From NCBI GenBank assembly GCA_905178155.1, contig CAJINV010000034.1, forward strand, positions 75,350-139,349: a stretch of DNA of 64,000 bases. Direction: 5' to 3'. The notes below the pieces were generated by a model. The model was not told the DNA's origin and ran no database searches. It saw nothing but the letters and a program-made list of their open reading frames with translations. Position numbers and translations under genes: made by a program. The stretch is from Amoebophrya sp. A120. Taxonomy: Eukaryota > Protista > Dinoflagellata. This document shows positions 53,653 through 64,000 of the stretch, one piece after another (position 1 is the first letter of the stretch; each line of letters begins with the position of its first letter).

Positions 53653-56483
53653 GAGCGGTGTTGTTGAAGACGGCGCTTTATGACAAGTCGTCCCTGTGTC
53701 ACGAACAGACGTTTTCTTTTACTACAAAAGTACATCAAGTCACTATTGTTCCCGACGATTTTTAGTACTCCTGCATTTTCTTGTGTGCAGGAGAACAACT
53801 GCTATAGGTCACTTTAACACTTCACCTCAAAACAAAGAACAACAAGTAGATTTTTTATATCAGATTTTTGCAAAACTCAACAACCAGGTCTCACGAAGAC
53901 CAGCAAGCCAGAATGCTTATTCTTACAACACCATGATATTGATCAACAAGAGGAGGCCCTGCTGCTAGCGGTGGTGGCTCCACTTCGTCCATAACTATCG
54001 ATAGATTTAGATGCTGCATGGTGGCAAGAAGAATTATTTTCCCAGATAAGCAAAACGTACTAATTCTAGTAGATAACTTATAGGTCTAAGGTCTTTTTTT
54101 TGACCACCACACAACTTCAGCGTCAGCAGTAGAACCACCCAAATCTGCTGAAGTCTTGCTGTTTTGAAGTTGTTGAGAATGATTTTCACTTTCTTTTACT
54201 CGACAACCCAGGTTTTCTTTCAGAAAGACAGACTAAGATCACTCTAAACTCATTGACAAGCTATTTTCATACGACTTTTCGATTTTTCATATCTATGTGC
54301 AGCTCTTCGCTTTCTTTGCAGCACACGGTCAGAAGCGAGGACGCGTGTGGCTGCAATGTCCGCACGGCACCTGCTGTACCTGTAGCGGCGACAGGAACAG
54401 ACAGACCTATGCAAGATAGAGGGCGCACGTTCGTAGCTGCAATTACAGCTACTGCAGCTCAAGGCAAGAGAGCAAATTTTGCTCTGCGTAAAGAATTCCG
54501 ATATAAAAACAAACGTAGAATGAACTACATCGGAACTACAACAAAAAAATTATACTCGATGATTATAGAAATCAAACACGGCTACTGAATAAATAGCAGG
54601 TGGAGCAGAAAATGAAAACAAAAACACAAAAACCGAAACAGTACAAGTAGTACAGGGAGGTATATAATTCGAATTGCAGACTATCATTTGTTTCTAGAAA
54701 GCGTGAGTGCCGTATTTTCTGCTACTAGAGCAGAGAGCAGGAGCACATCCTGCTCTCTTTAGATCACGGCGTCGAAATGAGAATATGCCAGTAGTTGTGC
54801 GGGTAGAGATGAATGCAAATTACCGACAAATTATGTTTTTCAGAAATGCAGGCAAGAAAATGCGACGAAGAGAGGTCCTTGCATTCCAGTCTATTTCATA
54901 GAAATCTGATGAACTAGGAGCAGGTTTTTTACATCACAGAGTAAAAATTCTAATTCATCTCCGTGCCTTTTCATCGAGGTTTTCTCCGAAGTAGCAAATC
55001 ATATTTTTTGTCGATTTACCGAAGCCGATAGTGGTTCTACCGCTCTTGATCTGGTGTACTACTAGAATTTCTTATGCAAACATTTGATGATACAAACGAA
55101 AGCATGAAATGAAATACCGACCGAAAATGTACACGTACTGGATAATTATCTTCTCTGGCTCTCTAGAAAATTGCTATTATACTTTTTAGGCGTAAACAAA
55201 AAATGAATTTTTCGACCCAGGCAAATAGAGCAGAGGGCCATTGTATCAGTCAACATCGACTAGTACGTAGTTTGTTTTAAGAAAACAAGCAACTAACAAA
55301 ATTTGTACAATGGTGTAAGCTAGGTAGAGAAACGACGAGAATTATTCATTTTTAAGTTTGAAAAATTTTCATCGAAACAAAAAAAAACACATCAATGCGA
55401 TATTGATGTACAACCTCCGAATAGGTTGCAAGACTCTTAACGAAAGCCTTAAAAAAGACACTTTCTCCTGGCACCAGTGAGCGATCGCTCGCTGCTAGTA
55501 TCACGCTACTTGGAAGAGGACGAGATTATGATTATCGTCAACGTTGGTAACTGTGCTGCGGGAGTAGACAAAGGCAGCAGCGCAGCCAAGCAACTAAAAT
55601 TTTTACGAACCTAATGAACTACGAGGTAGGATCCAACGTAGCTAACACAGACCAGCAAATATTTCTTTTTGCCGCTTCAAGGAGAACAAGCAAGGAATAT
55701 AATCATCCAGCCAAAACCATCAAATAAGAAGAAATGGGAGGCGGGAAGATGACAAGGCGCCCCGCCGGAGAATGCCGAATTCTCAATCGAAGCGATTTCT
55801 TTTGATAGCACCTGCTCATTTTTGATCATGCAGTTGAGCTTTCATAGTACTCAAAAACCGATCGACGGCAGGGCGTGGAAATGAGTCGAGAAAAATTTCT
55901 GCACATTTTTGAGTCGGGTTGAAGTTGCTGTTGCTTTATGAGACGCGTTCGCTTGGGTTTTTTCCTCTTCTAGGTTCGCCGACAGTCTGTAGGTTGTTTT
56001 TTCTTCCCTCGTGGGTGTTCTGCATCGGTTGGCTTTTTTTTTGGGCGGCGTGGAATGAGTGTCAGTATCGGTTGAGTAGTTTTTGTTTCTGTTCGAGATG
56101 ATGATATCTATGCACACAAAATTTCGGTTGCATCTAGTGTGGGGGGGATGTATTTTTACCCAGGAGGAGGGGGAGGTTTTGTTTATTGTAGTAGGTACAT
56201 CAAGCTACTTTTTTCACTTTTTATCGAGTGAACAAACAGAAGAACGACATTAGCCACTCTCACTACCACTAGCAGCAAGGAGCACGACTTCATCGGTCTC
56301 GAAGAATGTGTCATCCTAAATGTCCCCGCACTGAGGACTTGAGCTTTACTAGAACACGCTAGAGGCGAAGATAGCCAGAGAGCGCAGACGCTTTTAATTT
56401 CCATATGTAGTTTTCTTTTTGCAGTAGCAGTTGCATTCCATAATCTCACATACAACACAAAGAACTCAAACACTCGCACGACC

Positions 56484-59400
56484 ATGCCGCCCAAGGCAAC
56501 GAGCCTTCTAAGCAAGGCGAAAGCCACCTCCGCCGCAGCAGCTACTACACCCGCGAAAGCCAAAGCCGGCTCGACTCCAGCTGCGTCCGCTTCTGCGGGA
56601 AATAAAAACAGCTATGAATCCTGGTTCCCGCTCCAAGACGCGAAAGCGAAACTAGAAGCGGAAAAGCTTTTCGGAAAAGACTCTGCAGACGGGGCGCACG
56701 AAGCAGAACCAGGTGACTCACTCACCTTACATGACGTCTTCGAAAAAAGCTCGAAGCTCTTGACCGAGGAAAGCAGCACAGTGTTGAAAAACCTTTTCTC
56801 CGCGTATTTGGCTGTGGATGATTTTACAACTTCCGCGAAGAAGACTAGCGGAAGTAGCGGGGAGGATTTTTTACGACCCGTGGCGGAACAAATCCAACTG
56901 CGTCAAATCGCGGCCATAGATCCACTCGCCTTGAGCCTGTCGCAGTGTGCGAAACTGGAGGCGGTCATGTTTGGAGGAGGTCGTGGTGCTGATGAAGCCG
57001 TAGGAAGTGAGAATGCAGCAACCAAAGCCGTTCTTCTTGCGGAGAAAAAGTTCTCCGATTCGTTCGCCAGCCTTTTGAACCAAATAAAAGGCACAGCGAC
57101 CACTGCAGCGGGAGGTGCTGGAACAGCATCTAGTGCAACTACGGCGAAAGCCGCCCGGCCACCTGCGCTTGCGAAGGCGAAAGCGGGTAGCAGTGCAGCT
57201 GCATCAACATCGGGGAACAAGACCACAGGAGCAGCGGCAGCCGGTGGAGCGGCCTCCAATTCAACTACAATGTCCGCAGAACATCAAATCCTCCCCTTAC
57301 TTCTATCCCTGATTTACCAGGGTTTGGTCCTCCGAAAAACGGATTTCACAACCAACCTGCTACCCATGATCGCACCAAAATGCTCCACTTTCTCGGAGGT
57401 CTACGACTGTTTGGTCCAGGCGGAGCGGGGGGAGCAGCATGTGATTTGTTGTGTGAAGAACAGTAGCAGTTTGCTGCTGCAGCAACAGCTGAAACAGTTT
57501 GCAGCGTGCATTGTGAGCGCGACATCATCGTCCGGTGGACGAGGACAAGAGCAGAAGCAGAACACAACTTGTGTCATCGACGTGAACCAAGTCCTAGCGG
57601 ATTCCTTCTTGAATCGGACGCAAGCTACGCTCGAGGGACTCCTGTTGTCGGTAATCCAGCCTGTTTTGTCTGGTAATGGCAGCTCTGCAGGAGACAGCAC
57701 AACTGCGGCTCCAAACAACATGATTTTCGGCAGCAAGAAACTTTGCTTCCTCTGCGGCACGCTTGACGTGACGAGTGTTTTGGAATATTTCGGAGAAATT
57801 TTACGGCAGAAAGGGCTGTTGGGGATGTTGAACAAGGATTCGAACAAGACGCAACTCATCTTCTTCACGATGGCACCAGCTAGTACAGCTTCGACTACTA
57901 GTACGGACAGTAACGGCGATCCCTTCATCCCTGAGGATCAACTGGCGACGATTCATTTTGCCCCGGCGCATATTAACCTCTCACGACCAGGGCCATTTGA
58001 CGGCGCTAGCAACGACTCTTTCCACCTTGCCGCGCCAAGCTGCTTGTTTCGGGAACGGGAGCGGAAAAACAAACAGCAACTACAGGACGAAGGGATCCGC
58101 AGCGGTAGTGCAGTTGCCCCGAAAAAAGATGATGAGCTTGACAAAGACCTGCAAAATGACCTCACCCACGTTTTAAACCAGAGCGTCGCATTTGATTTCG
58201 CCGAAGATTTTACAAAGTACAGCATCACAGGAGATAGCCCGAATTCCACCTTCGCATCGTCCAAAACGAGCAACGGCCCCACCTGGCTCCCCGGGCCAAA
58301 TTTCGAGGACGAACGGGGAAACAAGCTGAAACCAACTTTGATCTCCGCGAAGATCGTGAAACACCCGGTACAGTGCCCACAGATCGCGAGTATCCTGTGC
58401 AAAAGTGTCGTGCAGGCGTGCATGAGAAGATTCTTTTCTGAACTATATTTTAGCATGACAAATTTAGTTATACAGTTTTGATAATGTTCATCCCGTTAAA
58501 ATTTCTGATGCGATAACTTCAACTGCTCGTTACGGTTACTATCATGATACTTTTGCATATGCATAGCAACGCCCTGTCTGCAACTCGTTGGTGGCGCGGC
58601 GAATTCGCATTGCACGGGGTTGTATGCACTGCAAAAGGATCGTACATTCCAAGTATAAACGCATTACAAATTTCCTCAGCATGAGAAATGAAATCTGTAA
58701 TGCGGTTTTCCCTTGAGAACAAGATTTGTATAAATGAATGACTGCAATTACTAGTACGTTTACGAGTGCGATAGTTTTGCAGTTCATAGGTTGTATCATT
58801 GCTTTTTCGACGGCGAAAACATTCGAGGCGGTGGACCACACGCAAGTGAAACTACAAGCTCAACAACAACCCAAACAAGTGACAGTGCTTCTGCTCTCCT
58901 CATCCGTCCCAATACGATCGAATTTACGTTCACGATGCAAGGCAAAATCGAGTTCCAAAATGCCTGCGTCGTTTTCACGGAGAAGAAAATCGAAAACCGA
59001 ATCCTTCCTGACGCGAGGGTTGGCGTGCAGTTCACCGTGACACGCGGCGGGTTGATGATTTGCGAAGAAAACATGAACTCGGTGAACATCCAAAACGACG
59101 GGAAGCTATGAACTGCAAAGGTATCGTACTCGTATAAATGCATTACAAACAAGGTCAGGGCACGGGGGCGGGGGCCCCCGTGCAGCGACCTTCCCGCCCT
59201 TTGCAGGACGGGGCGCACGTCGTAGGACGGGGCGCCCTTTGCACGGACGTGGACAGCACACCAGAAATTTCAAAACTTTGCGCTATACTGAAAGCAAGGG
59301 CCCGGCCGCAGAGTCCCCACGCTGACCTAGGGCCTTGGCGCCTGGGCCGTACGGCTCCCGGGAGGCATCGCGCGCGTCCATCCAGCTGGCCCCTAGGTCA

Positions 59401-62400
59401 TGACGCGGGGACAGAGTCCCCGCGCTGACCTAGGGCTTTCGCCCCGGGGCCGTGTTCGGGAAGCGCTTCCTTGCAGCTGGCCCCTAGGTCATGGCGCGGG
59501 GACAGAGTCCCCGCGCTGACCTAGGGCTTTTGCCCCGAGGCCGTGTTCGGGAAGCGCTTCCTTGCAGCTGGCCCGTTCCCGCGCTGACCTAGGACTTTTG
59601 CCCCGGGGCCGTGTTCGGGAAGCGCTTCCCTGCAGCTGGCCCCTAGGCCATGGCGCGGGGACAGAGTCCCCGCGCTGACCTAGGGCTTTTGCCCCTGGGC
59701 CGCAGGCACGCTGCCCGGGAAGCGCTCAAAGCCCGTCCCTAGGTCATGGCGCGGGGACAGAGCGGCCTCGCTGACCTAGGGCTTTTGCCCTTGGGCCGTG
59801 CGGTGTCCGGGCAGGCACGCAGGGCCCGTGACTAGGTAGCCCCTCCGTCATGGGGCGACGCTCGTTGGGACAGGGCCCCCCCGTTGATCTAGGGCTTTGG
59901 CGCCCGGGCCATGGGGATTTCCCTCCGGGACGGATGCAGGCACCGAGAGCTCGCCCCCGGTCATGGCGCGGGCGGACACGGGGTCCTCGCGTTGGCCTTG
60001 GGCACTTGCCCGGCCGGCCGCGGGCCTTGCCTGCGGTGCCCGGGAAGCGCTCCCTCCCAAATGTTTTGACATGGCGCCACCTTGGAGGCCCATGCCCAGA
60101 CGGGGGCGGGGCCGCCTACGGGGGTTCGGGACTTCCGCCTCCTGGAATGTCTGCGCGCCCGCCGCTCTCTGTTCCTGCGTGTTTGCGCCCAGCGGGCCCA
60201 CTCACTGTTGATGTGCTTGGTCTGGAATAAAAGCGGACGCGCCCGGCGTGCCTGCTTCCTTGGTCTACTGGCCTGGGTGGTGGCGCGTGTGCATAGAATA
60301 AAAGCAGCCCCCTGCGGCCTTTGCAGAAAAATGCAGGGCCCATAGATACGCGCCCGCCTTGTTTCTCAGCCGGGCGCGCGCTTGTTTTGTTGTCGCAGAA
60401 AAGGCCCCCGCGTGGGGCTTGCTAGGTCGGCGCGCCCGGAATGTCTATGCACGGGGCACACCAGCAGCAAACACACCCCAAGGCACGGCGGCGAGTGGCT
60501 TCGCGGGATCCACCCCCTCGAGTGGGCCTGCTTATCTGTGTTGACACTCACTGGCCATGCCGATCGGAGTCGCGTCCGAAAGCGCCCGGGGTCGGTTCGG
60601 GGGTGTGTCCAGCTTTTTCCCCGAGGTGTGTTCGGGAGTGTGCCCCGGGGTGTGCCTGGCGGGTGTCGGGTGTGTGTGTGTGTGTCTGGGGTGTGTGTCG
60701 GGGGTGTGGGCCGGGGGTGTGCCTGGGGTGTGTCGGGGGTGTGTCTGGGGTGTGTCTGGGGTGTGTCCGGGGTGTGTTCGGGGTGTGGCCTGCAAATTGC
60801 AAATCACGATGCTACGCAGCCACTTTGCATGCCCCAGAACACACCCCAAAGCTTCAGCAGTTCTTGTCGGGGGGGTGTGTCGGGGATGTGTCTGGGGTGT
60901 GTCGGGGGTGTGTCTGGGGTATGTTTTGGGGTGTGGCCTGCAAATTACGAATCCCGATGCTAGGCAGCCACTTTGCATACCCCAGAACATACCCCAAAGC
61001 TTCAAAAGTTCTGGTTTGCTGCAGTCTAAATAGTAATTTCCTCAGCGTCAGAAATAAAGTTTGTAGTGCGGATTTGCATTCAGAAAAAGATTTGTAATGC
61101 AGAGGTTGCATTTATACGAATACGATACTTTTGCACAGGATAGAAGCTGAAGAATGACAAGTGGTGCAGCGTGAAGCTGCAGATTGACTGGAAATATGCT
61201 CATTTTTAAAACCGTCCCTACCGCCAGCACGCCCAGAGTTGTCATGCGGATTTGAATTTGATGCGAAAAGAATCGCAGAAACGTTTGCACTAAAATGCGC
61301 ATCCCCATGAGGGGCATCTTCAGTCGTGTTTTGGACTTTGTAATGCTGTCACCAGGATAAGGAGTTGGCTTTGTCAAATGCGTGACTTGCAAAACTGCTG
61401 GATTTGTGTTGCTAAGTTCCCAACTTGATTCTGGGATGGGGCGACGTCTTTCCTCAGCATAGGAAAGAGAAAAAGATCATTCCGCAAGTGGATTTATCAA
61501 ATGGAAATATGTCTGGGTCTGGATCTACGTTGCAAGACTTGTCATGCAAGTTTCCCATGCCCCGTGAGGTCTGGAATGCGAGACCCAGCATGACAGATTC
61601 TTTTAGGTCTCTATCGTGCCTTTCCTGCATGAGAAACTGCCTCTCAGCTTGGTGAAAAGCGGACAGCTTCTGGTACTCACGCAACACAGAAGATTTTTGC
61701 ATCTTTCTGATTTAGCATGACAAGTTGCAGTGTTTCAGATGCAGACACATTTGCCTTTGATAGGATTCCCAAATGAAGGGGAAGTATGCTCCGGCCAAGC
61801 AGAGCGTGGCGTTTCGGGACAAGCGGTGCAATATCAACTGCAGGATTCTTCGTTCTGGTCTGCAATAAAGGTGATTGTTCCTGTTCGATTCGTGTTTCTG
61901 AGTTAAGCATGACAATATTTTTCTCCCGCTTGTTGTTAACCCTGAATCAGCTGCAACACAACCCATTGAAGCTGTGGTCCACCTCTGCCTCATGCACATG
62001 CTCATTTTCACTGGAGACTGGCATCACAAATTAAGACTAAGACAAGAGGGATATTTACTTGCAATGCATATGTAACGGCTTCGGGTACGTCTACCTGTAC
62101 AACTGCGAGTCCTTGGCCACGTTCTGGTATCCAGAGCCGCGAAAGTATCGTGCAGCTGCAGTCTTTGTCCTGCATAACAGACCAAGGCTTCTGTACTAAA
62201 ATCAGCATGACAAAGTCAAAGTTTGACTATTTTAAAATCAGTCGATTTGTTCAGTAGAAAATTTGTCATGCGACAATTTAATACAGCTACTAGCGTGATA
62301 TTTTTCTACATGCATACCGGGCTGCAGAAATTGCGGGTTGCAAACGAATATGGATTGCAAAAGTGTCTGGGTCTGGAAGATGATTGCAACTTGTAATGCT

Positions 62401-63434
62401 GGATTTGGATTCTACAATAAATCTGTATTGCATGAACGGCAAGAGAGGTCCAGTTTTTGTCATGGCGAAAGCGCATTTCTGATGCGGTATAGGCATGAGG
62501 AAGCCCCCATAAATAAATGTGTCATGCTAGGGCATGCATCACAGACATCAGGAGTCATGCAAAATGTGCATGACAAACCTTGCATCCTTCCAGACCCAGA
62601 CACTTTTGCATTTGATAACAAAGTGGTCGCAACGGATGGAGACGCGGACAACAAGTATGCAGTGGAAAAGTGTCGCACTACTAGTACAAGTAGGCGCATT
62701 GCAAATTTTCTCAGCATGACAAATGGAACCTGTCATGCTGAATTCTCCTTGAGGAAATCAATTTGTCATGCACTACTGCAATTACCATACTACGAGTACG
62801 TCGATGCTTTTGCAGAGGATAACAAAACTTTGCTGGCCATGGAGGGATTGGATGCGAGAAAGTATCGCAAGAAAAAACTGTTTCATTGTAAACTTGTAAT
62901 GCAGAAAATGCATCGGAGAAGTGTTTCTCTTGCTACACATGCAAGACAAGGATTTTTAGCTATGTTTTCCCTTAGGAGTCTCGCATGGCAGATTTTCTCT
63001 GTAATGTAGAACAAACTTGTGATGCAAAAATTGGAAAATCGTTACAGTGAAACAGTTTTTTCGTACGATAGAAAGCAAATGGAGGATAACCTGCGGAAAA
63101 AAGAAGCGGAAAAGGCCGTGGAGAATATGGAAAAGGGAAATAAGTTGTGACGACAAAACACTTACAGTATCCTTCATCCTCGTGACGAACTTTTCGTCTA
63201 TTAAGGAAAAGCTTTTCTCCTGCGGAATGTTAATGTAAATGTTGCGCATGAGGATCAGCAGAAAGAGATCTGTAGTTTTTTCGCGGCGGAGGAACAAGAT
63301 GGTTGTCACTATCTATTTTCGTCTTCTGCATAGCACACGATATGAAGGTGGGGATGAAGATGGGTGGATTTGCGAAAACAACTGGACATGGGATGAATCT
63401 GGCGGAAGAACAGAACGCGAATATCAAATTTTGA
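56484..63434 (+). CDS. Hypothetical protein with Ala/Lys-rich N-terminus and probable beta-rich C-terminal domain, 11 TIR introns
   Basis: Frame traced from ATG 56484 through micro-exons (…QNDGK|LKNDKWCSVKLQIDWK|EKKIIPQVD|SQMKG…) to …EEQNANIKF* (TGA 63432-63434). Confidence 0.75.
58391..58565. mobile_element. Introner family A
   Basis: DR GCGAG/GCAAC. Confidence 0.8.
58623..58788. mobile_element. Introner family A (reverse orientation type)
   Basis: DR GGTTG/GGTTG. Confidence 0.9.
59310..59800. repeat. ~90-bp tandem array of GC-rich hairpins
   Basis: CCCTAGGTCA-TG-GCGCGGGGAC-AGA-GTCCCCGCGC-TGACCTAGGG at 59391-59435, 59482-59526, 59641-59685, degenerate 59737-59781, plus half copies. Confidence 0.9.
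60598..61012. repeat. (GGGGTGTGTCN)n minisatellite inside a ~150-bp duplication
   Basis: 11-mer G/T repeats 60598-60785 and 60870-60935; GGGTGTGGCCTGCAAATT…CCCCAAAGCTTCA block at ~60781 and ~60930. Confidence 0.85.
61195..61461. mobile_element. Introner family C
   Basis: Internal sequence matches 12118 and 43455 copies; DR GGAAA/GGAAA. Confidence 0.85.
61495..61762. mobile_element. Introner family B (reverse orientation type)
   Basis: DR GGATT/GGATT. Confidence 0.9.
61832..62070. mobile_element. Introner, diverged family B-like
   Basis: DR TGCAA/TGTAA; frame restored. Confidence 0.75.
62127..62316. mobile_element. Introner family A (diverged)
   Basis: DR TCTGG/CCGGG; frame restored. Confidence 0.7.
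62349..62617. mobile_element. Introner family B
   Basis: DR ACGAA/ACAAA. Confidence 0.9.
62656..62821. mobile_element. Introner family A
   Basis: DR ACAAG/ACAAA. Confidence 0.85.
62863..63070. mobile_element. Introner family F-like
   Basis: TIR TATCG…GAAAAAACTGTTTCA.TGTAA; DR GAAAG/GAAAG. Confidence 0.85.
63126..63332. mobile_element. Introner, highly diverged (family J)
   Basis: TATGGAAAAG..AAATAAG.TGTGAC.AC / GTTGTCAC…TATTTTCGTCTTCTGCATA; DR GAGAA/GCACA; frame restored. Confidence 0.6.
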
Positions 63435-63599
63435 GGAGCTTCAATTTATTTCAAAGTAACGTACTCACTTCGTACGCTGAACAGCGTCTGCTAGTGCTAC
63501 GATGCCAACATGCTGAAAGGAGAAAGGAGAACACGACAAACACAAAAGCAAATAAGTGACTAAACTGCTTACCGCGACCAACAGCCTCAGTGCGGTAGC

Positions 63600-64000
63600 G
63601 CTGATGATTTTCCCAACACCGCAAAAAGCCGGCAAAAAAGCTGCCCGGCTCAACTGCAACCGGGCAGCATGACACAAAAGCTGCCGCGGGTTGCGAATCA
63701 CGCAAAACCCCGGCGGCTGATTTTCCCAACGCCGCAAAAAGCCGGCAAAAAAGCTGCCCGGTTCGACTCCGGAAACTCTCCTGGAGGCCCTTCGGAGTTC
63801 GGCTAGGTTTTTGGCGTTTCCGCGCGAGGCTTTTGCGGGTTGCGAATCCCACGCCGCCCCCTCTGCTGATTTTTCCAACGCTGCAAAAAGCCGGCAAAAA
63901 AGCTGCCCGGTTCGACTCCGGAGCCTCTCTTTGGGGTTCTTCCGGGTTCGGCTAGGTTTTTGGCGCTTCCGCGCGAAGTTTTTGCGGGTTGCAAATCACA
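63600..64000. repeat. Tandem repeat (113-149-bp units), continues past window end
   Basis: TGATTTT.CCAAC.C.GCAAAAAGCCGGCAAAAAAGCTGCCCGG at ~63605, 63718 and 63867. Confidence 0.85.

Larger units (their letters stand above)
59107..61142. mobile_element. Introner family A carrying a ~1.9-kb nested GC-rich insertion
   Basis: Left arm ends …GCATTACAAA at 59149 and resumes TTTCCTCAGC at ~61037; DR GAAGC/GAAGC; frame restored across 2 kb. Confidence 0.85.

Noticed and set aside
59310-59800. CRISPR-like array of palindromic repeats
   Set aside because: Linkers are near-identical rather than unique spacers, there are no cas genes, and the context is eukaryotic.
60598-60935. Telomeric repeat
   Set aside because: The unit is a variable 11-mer, not TTAGGG/TTTAGGG, and it lies inside an intron.
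60382-61097. Gly/Val/Cys-rich ORFs
   Set aside because: Artefacts of the GGGGTGTGTC minisatellite.

Overview
Eukaryotic, gene-dense window whose architecture matches the parasitic dinoflagellate (Syndiniales) Amoebophrya. The taxon is an inference from the intron type, not a database result. From ~10.2 kb to the end, eight co-oriented (+) genes are fragmented by 66 manually traced MITE-like non-canonical introns ('introners'). Each is TAT...ATA-bounded with terminal inverted repeats (TIR) and flanked by a 5-bp direct repeat (DR). Removing the element plus one DR copy restores the reading frame. The genes encode a METTL24-like methyltransferase, a giant membrane-anchored divergent kinase, a coiled-coil/low-complexity protein, an SLC17-like MFS transporter, an unknown protein, a class I SAM methyltransferase, a DDX3/Ded1-like DEAD-box helicase (15 TIR introns + 6 GT-AG introns, C-terminal PAM2 motif) and an unknown protein. 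The elements fall into ~10 TIR families, occur in both orientations, and share an internal TGT(C/A/G)ATGC motif that is also present in the GT-AG introns. The first ~10.2 kb is a distinct, introner-free island. It holds orphan genes with canonical introns, a frameshifted tandem PD-(D/E)XK nuclease gene, and a 1.3-kb TIR transposon with an 8-bp TSD. One introner carries a 1.9-kb GC-rich insert containing a hairpin array. All coordinates and counts are from manual reading.
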